A stretch of 64,000 nucleotides of DNA from an uncultured Erysipelotrichaceae bacterium (GCA_964370645.1 CAYJJS010000004.1:6613-70612), one strand, 5' to 3'; counted from the first letter of the stretch, positions 20,999 through 32,271 are shown. The notes: generated by a model not told the origin, from the sequence alone. Program-made: numbers and translations.

Positions 20999-22780
20999 CT
21001 ATTCTATATATACATACAATGTAAATACATTGCTTCCACTTTGTTCATACGTAGATCCTGCTTTTGGGTTTTGATCGTAAATCATTCCAACATGTTCAAG
21101 AATATCTTGTGTTCTTGCAAGTTTTTCTTCCTCTGTTGCACTTTCTGGAAGTGGCGCTAATAATGCGCTGTACGATTGTTCAATCACTTTTACTGAAATT
21201 CCTTTATTTTCTAATTGCGCTCTTACTGTATCAATACTCATTCCACCATAGTTCTCCACAAATAAAGAGGGAGCCTGTGCAATCACTACACTAATCACAT
21301 ATCCTACATCTGGTTCGACTTTTTGATTAGCAGATAATTTTGATTGACTAACAACCGTTCCCGGTATTGCATCTTTAGATTCCATATATTCTTTATATAC
21401 AACAACATTCGTGTTTGCTAAATCTTGTTCTACCTCTTCCAAAGTATAACCTTTGTAATCTTTAATCACAAAATATTTTCCACTGCTTACCTTCAAAGTA
21501 ATTTCAGCATCTTCATCTACTTCACTATCTGCTTTTGGGTATTGTTCATACACTACCCCTTTCTCATATTCATCCGTATATTCATACGTAATATCACTAT
21601 CTAATGTCAATCCAGCATCTTCAATCGCATCTTTTGCATCCTCTAAGCTCATATTGCTTAAATCCGGCACTTGAATTGTCTTTTCCTCTACTTTTTCTTC
21701 TTCTTTATCTTCCTTAGCTTCTTCGCCACCACCAATGACTCCAGTTGCAGCTAAAATAATTGCTGTTAAAATAGCAATCAATGCGATTGCACCTACAATT
21801 ATAAACACAAGTGGCTTTTTACTTTCTTTTTTCGTGGTAGGTGCTTCTACCTCAATCTCTTCCTTATCTAACTTTGGTGTTGCTTGTATACCAGGAGCAA
21901 TAATCGTATGTCCTTCTTGCGCATTTGCACTCGCAAGTAAATCCACTTTTTTCGCATTCACATTTTCCGCTAACAAACAAGTTTCTAAATCAAAAAGCAT
22001 TTCTTTTGCACTATGATAACGATTTACACGATTTTTAGCAGTTGCTCTAATAATAATATTTTCAACACTTTGTGGTAAAGTTGGATTAAAATCAATAATA
22101 GAAGGAATCTCTTCACGCGAGTGCTTCATAGCAACTTGAATTAAATTTTCACCACTAAAAGGTACCCTTCCACTCAACAACTCATAAAATACAATTCCCA
22201 ATGCATAAATATCCGTTTGCTCACTTGCCACCTCACCTTTTGTTGTCTCAGGCGCAATATAGTGAGCACTACCTAACACGGAATCACTTTGTGTTAGCTG
22301 AATAGCATCGTGTGCTAAAGAAATACCAAAATCAGTAATCTTAACACTACCATCATCTTTCATTAATACATTTTGTGGTTTTATATCTCGATGTATTATT
22401 TTCTTAGAATGTGCATGTGCTACAGCAGAAACAATTTGTTTCATGATATCAATTGCTTCTTCTTTTTGCAATGCACCTCGTTGTAAAATCAATTGTTTCA
22501 ACGTTCTTCCACGAACACACTCCATGACAATGTATTGTTGTCCTTCATATTCACCAACATCATACACTTCCACAATATTTGGATGATGCATTTTTGAAAC
22601 TGCACTTGCTTCACGTAAAAAGCGTAACAGCGTAACATGATCCTCGCTCAATTCTTTACGCAATACTTTAACTGCAACCTCTCTATTTAAAATGGTATCT
22701 ACCGCTAAATACACATCTGCCATACCACCCTCACCAAGTGAGGATACAACCATATATCTTTGAGCTATCATTTTACTCAT
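20999..22780 (-). CDS. prkC: Ser/Thr protein kinase with a TM segment and extracellular PASTA repeats
   Basis: Hanks kinase motifs (HRDIKPQN, DFG, APE), a single TM segment, and three PASTA-like repeats. Confidence 0.9.
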   Translation of the reverse strand: MSKMIAQRYMVVSSLGEGGMADVYLAVDTILNREVAVKVLRKELSEDHVTLLRFLREASAVSKMHHPNIVEVYDVGEYEGQQYIVMECVRGRTLKQLILQRGALQKEEAIDIMKQIVSAVAHAHSKKIIHRDIKPQNVLMKDDGSVKITDFGISLAHDAIQLTQSDSVLGSAHYIAPETTKGEVASEQTDIYALGIVFYELLSGRVPFSGENLIQVAMKHSREEIPSIIDFNPTLPQSVENIIIRATAKNRVNRYHSAKEMLFDLETCLLAENVNAKKVDLLASANAQEGHTIIAPGIQATPKLDKEEIEVEAPTTKKESKKPLVFIIVGAIALIAILTAIILAATGVIGGGEEAKEDKEEEKVEEKTIQVPDLSNMSLEDAKDAIEDAGLTLDSDITYEYTDEYEKGVVYEQYPKADSEVDEDAEITLKVSSGKYFVIKDYKGYTLEEVEQDLANTNVVVYKEYMESKDAIPGTVVSQSKLSANQKVEPDVGYVISVVIAQAPSLFVENYGGMSIDTVRAQLENKGISVKVIEQSYSALLAPLPESATEEEKLARTQDILEHVGMIYDQNPKAGSTYEQSGSNVFTLYVYIE

Positions 22781-23513
22781 GTTTATTTTCCTCCAAGTTC
22801 TCTACAACGACCGCAGTGATATTATCACTTCCCCCATGTTCCATTGCTTTTTGAATTAAACATTCAACTTTATCTTCAACCTTACATGTATCAATTAAAA
22901 TCTTTTCAATTTCATCTTCCAAAACCATTGAATGTAAACCATCACTACACACCAATAAGTACTGATAGTCCCTACGAATAGTTTGAATATCAATCGAATA
23001 TCGACTCCAAATCCCCAATGCATTAGTTAGTGCATTCCCTTTGGGATGATTCGCGACTTCCTCTTCACTCATTTCTCCACTTTTCAACAAGTCATAAGCC
23101 AAATTATGATCTTGTGTCATACATACAAATTCATCATAATAGGCATACAATCGGCTATCCCCTAAATGAAAGCAAATCGTACTTTGTGGATTAATTAAAA
23201 CACCCACTAAAGTAGTTCCCATTCCTCTTTTTTTTAGGGATGTATACCCTTCTTGTAAAATGGTATCATTTGCTAATGCAATGCTATCTCGAATCCATTG
23301 TTTATTTTCTTCATCTTGTAAATAATATGGCTTTTTCAAAAAACAATCCTTCATGATTTCACAAGCCAATTTACTAGCAATATCGCCAGCACGTCCTCCA
23401 CCGATTCCATCACAAACAATAATCAACATTTCTTTGTCATTTTGAATCGTCAGAAAAGAATCTTGATTATTTTCTCTTATTAAACCAACATGTGTTTTTC
23501 CAAATGCTTCCAT
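22773..23513 (-). CDS. prpC: PP2C-family Ser/Thr phosphatase
   Basis: Motifs NQDS, DGIGG and GGSDNIT. The start is set to the MEAFGK ATG, which forms a TAATG overlap with the rlmN stop. The longer track ORF is an upstream extension. Confidence 0.88.
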   Translation of the reverse strand: MEAFGKTHVGLIRENNQDSFLTIQNDKEMLIIVCDGIGGGRAGDIASKLACEIMKDCFLKKPYYLQDEENKQWIRDSIALANDTILQEGYTSLKKRGMGTTLVGVLINPQSTICFHLGDSRLYAYYDEFVCMTQDHNLAYDLLKSGEMSEEEVANHPKGNALTNALGIWSRYSIDIQTIRRDYQYLLVCSDGLHSMVLEDEIEKILIDTCKVEDKVECLIQKAMEHGGSDNITAVVVENLEENKHE

Positions 23514-24556
23514 TAGACCCCTTCTTTCTTCATCTGCTTTGCACGTAGTTGACCACATGCAGCATCAATATCTCCCCCGTGTTCTTTACGAATCGTGGCA
23601 CGGACACCACCCTTCATAAGAATATCATAAAATTTCATAGATTCTTCATATGAAATTCCTTGATACCCATGTTCATCTACACTATTGTACGGAATTAAAT
23701 TCACATATGCATGCATCCCTTTCAACAATGTAATCAACTCATTTGCACATTCTCTACTATCATTCACACCTTTCAATAAGATGTATTCAAATGTTAAACG
23801 ACGATTATTTAAACGCTCATAATAAGCCAAGGCATCCATCAACACTTCTAATGGATACGCTTTGTTGATTGGCATCAAAGCATCACGTAACGTATTATTT
23901 GGCGCATGTAGAGAAATCGCTAAATTGTATTGGTACTTCGATTGTGCAAAAGTACGAATTTGTGGAGCCAATCCACACGTTGAGATTGTAATATGTCTAG
24001 CCCCTATTGCAAGCCCTACATCACAATTCACAACACTTAAAAAATTCATAACATTGTCATAGTTATCAAATGGTTCACCAGTCCCCATTACCACAATATG
24101 ACTTACGCGTTCATCTTTTTGATCCAATTCTTTTTGCACATACAAAATTTGTGCAACCATTTCCGAACAAGTAAGATCACGTTTTTTCTTCAACAATCCA
24201 CTTGCACAAAATTTGCAGCCCATATTACAACCTAATTGACTCGTCACACAAACACTATTTCCATAATCAAACACCATAAGTACAGTCTCAATAAAATTCC
24301 CATCTTCTAATTCAAATAAAAATTTTGTTGTTCCATCCTTAGATACCTGTTTAGTCACTAACTTTAGTGGTGTGAATGCATACTTGTCTTTTAAAAATTG
24401 CCTAGAAGCAATACTTAAGTTACTCATTTCATCAAAACTAGTCACTCGCTTACGATATAACCACTCAAATATTTGTTTTGAACGAAATCGCTTATAGTTG
24501 TTAGCTAACATCTCTTCTTGCATTTGTTCATAATCAAAATCATAAATATGCTTCAT
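23513..24556 (-). CDS. rlmN: 23S rRNA/tRNA (adenine-C2)-methyltransferase, radical SAM
   Basis: CNMGCKFC radical-SAM cluster and a C-terminal DIDAACGQL motif. Confidence 0.92.
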   Translation of the reverse strand: MKHIYDFDYEQMQEEMLANNYKRFRSKQIFEWLYRKRVTSFDEMSNLSIASRQFLKDKYAFTPLKLVTKQVSKDGTTKFLFELEDGNFIETVLMVFDYGNSVCVTSQLGCNMGCKFCASGLLKKKRDLTCSEMVAQILYVQKELDQKDERVSHIVVMGTGEPFDNYDNVMNFLSVVNCDVGLAIGARHITISTCGLAPQIRTFAQSKYQYNLAISLHAPNNTLRDALMPINKAYPLEVLMDALAYYERLNNRRLTFEYILLKGVNDSRECANELITLLKGMHAYVNLIPYNSVDEHGYQGISYEESMKFYDILMKGGVRATIRKEHGGDIDAACGQLRAKQMKKEGV

Positions 24557-25813
24557 CTAATCACCTGTTTTCACTAATTTAGCCATGTAAAATCCATCAC
24601 TATGGTAGTCTTGAGGAAAAATCGTGCGTTCTTCAACGAGTTTAAAATTCTTATGTCTTTTCAAAAAGGCTTCAATCTGTTGTTCATTTTCTTTTTTATT
24701 CAATGTACACGTAGAATATACCATTTCTCCATTCACTTTCAAATGTGGCACTGCACTATCTAACAATCTTCTTTGCATTACGATACAATGATCCATATCT
24801 GTATTTTTTGTATGATACTTAATATCTGCTTTACGTCCAATGACACCATATCCACTACATGGCCCATCTAACAATATACGATCAAAACAATTTTCTTCAA
24901 ACACTTCTTGTATATCACAAGCGTCTTGTTGTAATGCTTCTACCATAATAATTCCTAATCTTCTCGCATTTTGTTTAATCAACTCTACTCTATGTTCATG
25001 AATATCCAATGCAACAAGTACACCTTTATTACGCATTAAACTTCCTATATGACAGGTCTTTGAACCCGGTGCAGCACACATATCCAAGATTGCTTCACCT
25101 GGTTGAGGATCCATAAATTCACTAACCAATTGTGCAGATTCATCTTGAATCGTTACATAACCTTTTTTAAAGGCATCACTTCTTGCAATATTACCTTTTT
25201 CATAATACAAAGAATCTTTTGCTAAAGACCCCTCACTAAACATCGGATCCAGCTGCATCACTTCTTCTTTACTAATCTTTAGTGTATTTACACGCGCACA
25301 TTGTAAAGGTACTCGATTCATCGCTTCTACCATTTGTTTGGTCGTATCTATTCCATATTGTTTTACCCACATAGAAACTAGCCAAGTTGGATACGAATAA
25401 GTAACTGCCATACGATCTTCAACCCCTCCACCTACAACACGCTTTGGAGCACGCAAAAAGTTACGCAAAATAGCATTCACAAACTTATCACTTCCACTAT
25501 CTAAATGGTGTTTTGCAATATCTACTGCTTCATTAATAATCGCATACTCAGGTACACGATCCATAAATACTAATTGATAAATACTCATATCAATCAATAA
25601 TGATACACTTTCCGTTGGTTGGGATTCAGAATAGTTTTCCCATAAATATCGTACATAACGATAATTCTGTAAAGTTCCATATACAATATTTGTAATCAAT
25701 GCCTTATCTACATCAATAAATTCATTAATCTCTTCTTTCAAGGCTAAGTTACTAAACCTTTTATCAATACAAATATCCACTAATAATTTATGCGCTTTTA
25801 ATCTTGCTTTCAT
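24557..25813 (-). CDS. rsmB: 16S rRNA (cytosine967-C5)-methyltransferase
   Basis: NusB-like N-terminal domain plus a SAM methyltransferase domain (DMCAAPGSKT, DGPCSG, YSTCT). Confidence 0.88.
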   Translation of the reverse strand: MKARLKAHKLLVDICIDKRFSNLALKEEINEFIDVDKALITNIVYGTLQNYRYVRYLWENYSESQPTESVSLLIDMSIYQLVFMDRVPEYAIINEAVDIAKHHLDSGSDKFVNAILRNFLRAPKRVVGGGVEDRMAVTYSYPTWLVSMWVKQYGIDTTKQMVEAMNRVPLQCARVNTLKISKEEVMQLDPMFSEGSLAKDSLYYEKGNIARSDAFKKGYVTIQDESAQLVSEFMDPQPGEAILDMCAAPGSKTCHIGSLMRNKGVLVALDIHEHRVELIKQNARRLGIIMVEALQQDACDIQEVFEENCFDRILLDGPCSGYGVIGRKADIKYHTKNTDMDHCIVMQRRLLDSAVPHLKVNGEMVYSTCTLNKKENEQQIEAFLKRHKNFKLVEERTIFPQDYHSDGFYMAKLVKTGD

Positions 25814-25822
25814 ACCTTCTCC

Positions 25823-27967
25823 TTAATCCAACATATATGGATTGACATCTATTTCTATTTTACTTTTATGTTTATTTTGTAAATGTATTTCATACATTTT
25901 TTTTAATACATTTTCTATTTTATCTTCTTCTTTACCTTTTAAAATAAATCGATAACGATAAATATCTTTCACTTTATACAAAGGTGCAGGTCCTAAAATT
26001 TGTAAGGATGCATCTTCTATACACAATCGTTGTGCCTCCAATTGTACAACATCACGTTGTTTATGTGATAGTAATACAACACTCATGAAAGAGTACGGTG
26101 GGTACATAGTTAAGTGACGATACTTCATCTCTTGATAAAAGAATCCTTCATAATCGTGTGTTTGTGCACACTGTAAGGCATAATGATTGGGATCATATAC
26201 TTGCATATATACCTCTCCCTCTCTTTTTCCTCTACCACTTCTTCCACTTGCTTGTACAAGCATATCGAAGGTCATCTCTACGCTACGATAATCACTTCTT
26301 TGCAAAGAAGCATCTGCATTCACAATACCAACTAGTGTAACTCGCTCAAAATCAAGCCCTTTGGCAATCATCTGCGTTCCTAACAATATGTCACCTTTGT
26401 GCTGAAATGTTTCCAACAATTTTTCATGTGCATTTTTAGTACGTGTCGTATCTGCATCCATACGCACAATTTGAGATTGTGGAAAACAGGACTGTACATA
26501 CTCTTCTAACTTTTGTGTTCCCATACCTATAAACTTCAGTTGTTTACCTTTACACTTTGGACAAGCATATACACTTGGCGTAGCATAGCCACACGTATGA
26601 CAAACTAATTGATTGCTTGATTTATGATAATTTAAAGTCAAATCACAATGTGGACACATCACGCTTTCACCACAATCAATACAACGCAACACCGGAGCAT
26701 ACCCTCTACGATTCAGTAACAAAATAACTTGTTCCTTTCGTTGTAATCGATCTTGTATTTGTTGTTTTAATTGATTGCTCAAAATATAGTTCTCACCATT
26801 TCGCATCGCCTTTTGCATATTAATTAGATGCGTAGTAGGCATCTTACCATAAATCCTTTCTGGCATCTTCACAAGCGTATATACACCCTTTAAAGCTCGT
26901 GCATACGATTCTAAAGAAGGGGTTGCACTCGCTAATATGACCTTAGCACAGTGATGTTTTCCTCTTTGTAATACAATGTCACGTGTATGATACTTTGGTG
27001 TTTTATCTTGTTTGTAACTAGATTCATGTTCCTCATCCATAATGATTAACCCTAACTTTTGAAACGGCATAAACACTGCACTACGTGTTCCCACAACTAT
27101 ATTTACACTACCCTCTTTAATCATCTTATACTGTTCATATTTTTCTTGATTATTTAAGGAAGAATGATAAATTGCCACATTGTTTTGAAACCTTGCTTTT
27201 ACCTTCTTTACCATTTGTGGTGTTAATGCAATCTCAGGCACTAATATTAACACCTGCTTATCTTGCTGGAGTTGCTGTTGTGCCATCTGTAAGAACACTT
27301 CACTCTTCCCACTTCCAGTCACACCATGCAAAACATAAACGCGATGTCCCTCTTCAGACATTTGTTGAATAGCACTTTTTTGTAGTGCATTCAGTTCAAA
27401 ACATTGCTCCTCATACACTTTATCTTCTTCAAATACAACTTCTCTTTGTTCAACATATACAACATCTTGTGCAATAAGTTTATCTAATACAGAGTATTTC
27501 TTATTAAATACACTTCGCTTCACATCGTTTTGTTTCACAAACAACAAGGCTTCTTGTTGTCTTTTTGTAAGGTTGTCACTATCCTTTTTAAAACAGATCC
27601 ATGCTTCTTTTTTTATATTTCCTGCATTGCTTTTCACACGTAATTTTGAAGGCAACATTGTACATAAACAACTAATATAAGGAGCTACATAACGATTTGA
27701 CATCCATTTCGCCAAATCATATAACTCCGTATTCATTAAAGCCACCTCATCAATGCGTGATAAGATTGGCTTTAATGGATATTTTAGTGCTGCAACTTGT
27801 TCACTATTCATATCGTCCACGCGATCTACAAAACCGACAATTTCTCGCTCGTTGAAGTTCACTAACACACGCATTCCCACTTCTACATGTATGTCATTAC
27901 AAGCATAATAAAAGCCGTTATTTAAAGCCATATGCTCATATTCAATGTAAAGTTTTGCTACGTTCAT
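25823..27967 (-). CDS. priA: Primosomal replication restart helicase PriA
   Basis: 714 aa with Walker A (GVTGSGKSEV), DEEH, and the Cys-rich zinc insert (C..C...C..C). Confidence 0.92.
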   Translation of the reverse strand: MNVAKLYIEYEHMALNNGFYYACNDIHVEVGMRVLVNFNEREIVGFVDRVDDMNSEQVAALKYPLKPILSRIDEVALMNTELYDLAKWMSNRYVAPYISCLCTMLPSKLRVKSNAGNIKKEAWICFKKDSDNLTKRQQEALLFVKQNDVKRSVFNKKYSVLDKLIAQDVVYVEQREVVFEEDKVYEEQCFELNALQKSAIQQMSEEGHRVYVLHGVTGSGKSEVFLQMAQQQLQQDKQVLILVPEIALTPQMVKKVKARFQNNVAIYHSSLNNQEKYEQYKMIKEGSVNIVVGTRSAVFMPFQKLGLIIMDEEHESSYKQDKTPKYHTRDIVLQRGKHHCAKVILASATPSLESYARALKGVYTLVKMPERIYGKMPTTHLINMQKAMRNGENYILSNQLKQQIQDRLQRKEQVILLLNRRGYAPVLRCIDCGESVMCPHCDLTLNYHKSSNQLVCHTCGYATPSVYACPKCKGKQLKFIGMGTQKLEEYVQSCFPQSQIVRMDADTTRTKNAHEKLLETFQHKGDILLGTQMIAKGLDFERVTLVGIVNADASLQRSDYRSVEMTFDMLVQASGRSGRGKREGEVYMQVYDPNHYALQCAQTHDYEGFFYQEMKYRHLTMYPPYSFMSVVLLSHKQRDVVQLEAQRLCIEDASLQILGPAPLYKVKDIYRYRFILKGKEEDKIENVLKKMYEIHLQNKHKSKIEIDVNPYMLD

Positions 27968-28089
27968 TTACTCACCTCAATTATCTTACTTATCATATCA
28001 TATTTTGTGATACAAAACATTAAAAAGGTATATTTATAAACGCAAAAAAGTAGAATATAAAGCCCAACCTTCACACTCCACTTTTCTTT

Positions 28090-29028
28090 TTAATCCCAAA
28101 ATTCTTCGCCCTCTTTGATGGATTTTTTCCACAACTGTATAATCGGTTTATAACATCCACTTCGCAATATTCCTTTTTTCACAAAAGAAACTTCATCCAT
28201 GAACTGTTTACGATATGTTTCATAATAGCTCTTACGACTATTTGGTATCCCTTGTGCATACGTAAAACAAGAAACAACATATTGCCATTTCATATGTGCA
28301 ATTAATGATTCATCTTCTAACACATCAATAATTTTTAACATCGAATCTAATAAAGTATATTGTGCTTTATCAAACCCTTTACACAAACTTCCTTTTCGCA
28401 TACGATACATGTAAAGGATATCTTTTATATACACAATATCATCGCAATACATCAAGTATTTACATACAAACAATAAATCTTCTCCTAGTGTAATTGTCTT
28501 ATCCATTTGTAAATTGTAGTATCGTATAATATCCATTCGAAACATTTTGTTCCATAAAAAACCTTCCACTTTTCCCTGTACAAGTACTCGTTTCAACATC
28601 CCATATCGAGTGTATTCACTAGGACCACCTACAACCGCTCTACTCGTATAGTTTTTAAATATTCTTGCATGTGCACAAACACACATATCATGATTTTGCA
28701 TTTGATACGCCATTCTTGCAATCGCACTGCTCACCAAATAATCATCTGCATCCACAAAAGTCATATACGTACCACTCGCCATACGCATACCAATATTTCT
28801 TGCATGCGACACCCCATAATTTTTACCAGTGATGATACGAAACTTACTACTTTTTTTAGCAAAATGCTCACAAATCGCCAATGATGCATCACTGGAACCA
28901 TCATCAACCACAATGACTTCCATATTATCGTATGTTTGATGTAATAATGAATCTAAACATTGCGAAAGATATTTTTCAGCATTATAAACTGGGACAATTA
29001 CACTTATTTTTTCCATTTGTCTCTCCAT
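28090..29028 (-). CDS. Family 2 glycosyltransferase
   Basis: N-terminal motifs ISVIVPVYNAEKYL, VVDDGSSD and DADD. The start may instead be the internal ATG at 29016. Confidence 0.8.
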   Translation of the reverse strand: MERQMEKISVIVPVYNAEKYLSQCLDSLLHQTYDNMEVIVVDDGSSDASLAICEHFAKKSSKFRIITGKNYGVSHARNIGMRMASGTYMTFVDADDYLVSSAIARMAYQMQNHDMCVCAHARIFKNYTSRAVVGGPSEYTRYGMLKRVLVQGKVEGFLWNKMFRMDIIRYYNLQMDKTITLGEDLLFVCKYLMYCDDIVYIKDILYMYRMRKGSLCKGFDKAQYTLLDSMLKIIDVLEDESLIAHMKWQYVVSCFTYAQGIPNSRKSYYETYRKQFMDEVSFVKKGILRSGCYKPIIQLWKKSIKEGEEFWD

Positions 29029-29090
29029 TTCATATTGCCCCTATTATATACACTTACATAATGCAAGTCAATAATTGCAAAAGTGTGCTA

Positions 29091-30020
29091 CTAATAGCTT
29101 TTATCCTCAAAATATTGCATGCACAACTGATTGATATACGCGATATGCTCTTCCCCTATAGCATCCAATTCAGATAAAATCACAATACTATACGCTATAC
29201 CTTGTGTATGCTCCTTATACAATATCCCCATTGCATTTCTAACTGTTTCATATTTTCCATATTTTTGTGCTACCACATAAGAGTCATAATCCCCTAAATA
29301 ATCATTATAGGTTTGACTACTCATATTTTCTAACAAGCTTTTGTATGACATTTTATTCGCATATAAATACGACAATACATCACTTAAATAGTCAGCAGAA
29401 AACACATTGTCATACTGTGTATAAAAATGTTCTTCTTGCTTCTGATAACTATATTTTGCAATTTGTGATTTAAACGCTAACCAACCACCTAAACTTTCAA
29501 ACAATATATGTGCAGCTGTATTATCTGAATAAATAATCATACTATCCAACAACGTTTTTAAATCGATAGCGTCTCCTATTGTATATACATCCCCAATACC
29601 CCCATCTGCGATATAATGCTTTTCCTCATATAAAAACACATCATCATAAGTATACACACCACTATTTATATAGTCATAATAAAGCATAGCTAATGGTACC
29701 TTATACAAACTCGCACTAAAAAAATCAATCTCTTCATTATGCACATACGTTTCTTCTTCTACAAAATTTTCAACAACAATCGCTATACTATCTGCTATCC
29801 CATAATCTTCTAAATACGTATTCAGTTGATTCTCTAATTGCACTATATTGTCGCTAACTAGATTTTTGGACATACTCTCATTTGCATGTGAAGACACATC
29901 TAAGGTTAAATCGTTAAGAACATCTCCCTCTTTTTCACTTTCCCCTAATCTATGCGTGAAAAAAAGTATAGAACCTATAAACAACAATAATAGCCACAAT
30001 GTCATTGCGACTTTTTTCAT
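29091..30020 (-). CDS. Membrane-anchored serine hydrolase, class A beta-lactamase-like fold
   Basis: N-terminal TM anchor, an SxxK motif (SASLYK) and an SDN motif (YSDN). Confidence 0.6.
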   Translation of the reverse strand: MKKVAMTLWLLLLFIGSILFFTHRLGESEKEGDVLNDLTLDVSSHANESMSKNLVSDNIVQLENQLNTYLEDYGIADSIAIVVENFVEEETYVHNEEIDFFSASLYKVPLAMLYYDYINSGVYTYDDVFLYEEKHYIADGGIGDVYTIGDAIDLKTLLDSMIIYSDNTAAHILFESLGGWLAFKSQIAKYSYQKQEEHFYTQYDNVFSADYLSDVLSYLYANKMSYKSLLENMSSQTYNDYLGDYDSYVVAQKYGKYETVRNAMGILYKEHTQGIAYSIVILSELDAIGEEHIAYINQLCMQYFEDKSY

Positions 30021-30126
30021 CCCCTCTTTCTCCTTTTGTCTTTTCCTTAATTGTACGCTTCTCCCTTAAATCCGTCAACCGCGCACTGCAAACAAAAAGC
30101 CTATTCACAATGGAATAGGCAATGCA

Positions 30127-31680
30127 TTAAATAATTTTGGTTGTGAAATCTTCTAAATTATACACTTTATCTACAATATCTTCATAAAACTCTGGCTCAT
30201 GTGACACTAAAAGCACACTCCCTTTATACGCCTTTACAGCACGCTTTAACTCTTCTTTGGCATCTACATCCAAATGGTTGGTAGGCTCATCTAATACAAG
30301 TACATTGCACTCTGCATTCATAATTTTACACAAGCGAACTTTTGCTTGTTCTCCTCCACTTAGCACATATACAGCACTCTCTATATGATCTGTTGTCAAA
30401 CCACACTTAGCTAGCATTGAACGTACTTCTCCATTATTTAAGCCAGGATATGCATCCCAAATAAAATCTAATGCAGTTTGCGTATTTCCATGATCTTCTT
30501 GTTCAAAAAAACCAACTTCCACAAAAGGGTCTACTTCTACACTACCAGCAAATGGCTTTAGTAGTCCTGTCAACGTTTTCAGTAAAGTGGACTTCCCTAA
30601 TCCATTCACCCCTTTGATTGCAACCTTTTGATTACGTTCAAATTCCATATTTAAAGGACTCGTTAACGCTTCATCATACCCAATAATTAAATCTTTACAC
30701 TGAAAAATAACCTTCCCTGGCGTTCTGGCTTCCATAAAACCAAACACTGGTTTTGGTTTTTCTTTTGGTTTTGTAAGAATTTGCATCTTATCTAACTTCT
30801 TTTGTCTTGAGTTCGCCATATTTCTTGTTGCAACACGTGCTTTATTACGCGCAATAAAATCTTCTAAATTCTCAATCTCTTTTTGTTGACGATTATAAGC
30901 AGCCTCTTGCTGTCTTTTCTTTAAGGCATGTTGTTGTAAGAAGTAATCATAATCTCCAGTATAACGTGTAAGTTCACAATTTTCCACATGATAAATAATA
31001 TTGGTTACACTGTTTAAAAAAGGAATATCATGTGAAACAAGCACAAATGCATTCTCATAATTTTGTAAAAATGTACGTAACCATTCAATATGATTTTCGT
31101 CTAAATAGTTAGTTGGCTCATCCAAAATTAAAATCATTGGGTTTTCTAACAACAACTTCGTAAGTAATACCTTACTACGCTGTCCTCCACTTAATTGTGT
31201 CACATCTTTATCTAATCCAATATCCATAAGACCTAGACCTTGTGCTACCTCATTGATTTTTGTATCAATGATATAAAACCCGCTATGTTCTAAGATGTCT
31301 TGTATTTCCCCAACATCTTCCATATAGCGTTCCATTTCTGCATCGCTACAATCACACATCTTCTCATAAATTTCCAACATTTCTTTTTCCAAATCGAACA
31401 AATGCGAAAAAGCTTCTTCTAGAACTTGTTTAATGCTTAATCCAGCTTGTAATTTCGTATGTTGATCCAAATACCCACTAGTAATACGATTACACCATTC
31501 TACCTTCCCTTGCTCAGGCACAAGCTTTCCTGTCACAATATTTAAAAAGGTACTCTTCCCCTCACCATTCGCTCCAACTAAACCAATGTGCTCTCCATTA
31601 TTCATACGAAAGGATACATCTTCTAATATTTGTCTTCCACCAAAACTGTGAGACACTTTTTCTACAGTAACAATACTCAT
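30127..31680 (-). CDS. ABC-F family ATPase (translation factor type, no TM domains)
   Basis: 517 aa with two ABC cassettes (GANGEGKST/LSGGQ and GVNGLGKST/LSGGE) joined by a basic linker. Confidence 0.85.
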   Translation of the reverse strand: MSIVTVEKVSHSFGGRQILEDVSFRMNNGEHIGLVGANGEGKSTFLNIVTGKLVPEQGKVEWCNRITSGYLDQHTKLQAGLSIKQVLEEAFSHLFDLEKEMLEIYEKMCDCSDAEMERYMEDVGEIQDILEHSGFYIIDTKINEVAQGLGLMDIGLDKDVTQLSGGQRSKVLLTKLLLENPMILILDEPTNYLDENHIEWLRTFLQNYENAFVLVSHDIPFLNSVTNIIYHVENCELTRYTGDYDYFLQQHALKKRQQEAAYNRQQKEIENLEDFIARNKARVATRNMANSRQKKLDKMQILTKPKEKPKPVFGFMEARTPGKVIFQCKDLIIGYDEALTSPLNMEFERNQKVAIKGVNGLGKSTLLKTLTGLLKPFAGSVEVDPFVEVGFFEQEDHGNTQTALDFIWDAYPGLNNGEVRSMLAKCGLTTDHIESAVYVLSGGEQAKVRLCKIMNAECNVLVLDEPTNHLDVDAKEELKRAVKAYKGSVLLVSHEPEFYEDIVDKVYNLEDFTTKII

Positions 31681-31749
31681 ATCTTTACTCCTCTTCTCAA
31701 TTGCATATCTATTTTACTAAGATACACATAGAAAAGTAAAGCATAACTT

Positions 31750-31776
31750 AAAAATAGGCACTTTTGTGCCTATTTC
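31750..31776 (-). terminator. Hairpin ATAGGCAC-TTTT-GTGCCTAT between the PG-binding protein gene and the ABC-F gene
   Basis: Perfect 8-bp stem flanked by A/T runs. Confidence 0.5.
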
Positions 31777-32271
31777 TTACATATCTAAAATTGAATCCAT
31801 GATGCTATCCCAAGTTCTCCAACCCAGTGTTCCATCAATTGTTAAATCATTTAATGCTTGATATTTTTGTACAGTACTTTGCGTTTTTGTCCCATACATT
31901 CCATCTTCTTTAAGTGGAATTTCACTCCCTTTAAAAATTTCATTCAAATACTCCTGCATTTTTTCCACGGATAAACCAATGCTTCCATTCGCTAAATAAT
32001 AAGAGCTAGAAGCCACTGGAATACTAGGATTGATATTTAATGTTTTCAACTTTGATACAACTGCATCCCACGTATTTTCCCCAATGATTCCATCTACTGA
32101 AATTCCTTCATAATTTTGAAATTGTTGGACGGATGTTTTCGTATCACTTCCAAAAATTCCATCTTGTACTATTTTATTACGAATAAACCCATAGTCATGC
32201 ATAATGTTCAAATATGCTTGCATTTTGTTTACACCAATTCCACTATCTCCACTTTGTATTACATATGTCAT
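31777..32271 (-). CDS. Protein made of two PG_binding_1 repeats
   Basis: Two repeats of the form DGIFG..T...V..FQ.....DGI.G..TW. No signal peptide is evident. Confidence 0.65.
   Translation of the reverse strand: MTYVIQSGDSGIGVNKMQAYLNIMHDYGFIRNKIVQDGIFGSDTKTSVQQFQNYEGISVDGIIGENTWDAVVSKLKTLNINPSIPVASSSYYLANGSIGLSVEKMQEYLNEIFKGSEIPLKEDGMYGTKTQSTVQKYQALNDLTIDGTLGWRTWDSIMDSILDM

Noticed and set aside
25813-25823. Absence of def-fmt between priA and rsmB, which are present at this position in Bacillus subtilis
   Set aside because: Gene order at this point varies among Firmicutes. There is no scar, repeat or remnant at the junction, so it is not treated as an event.
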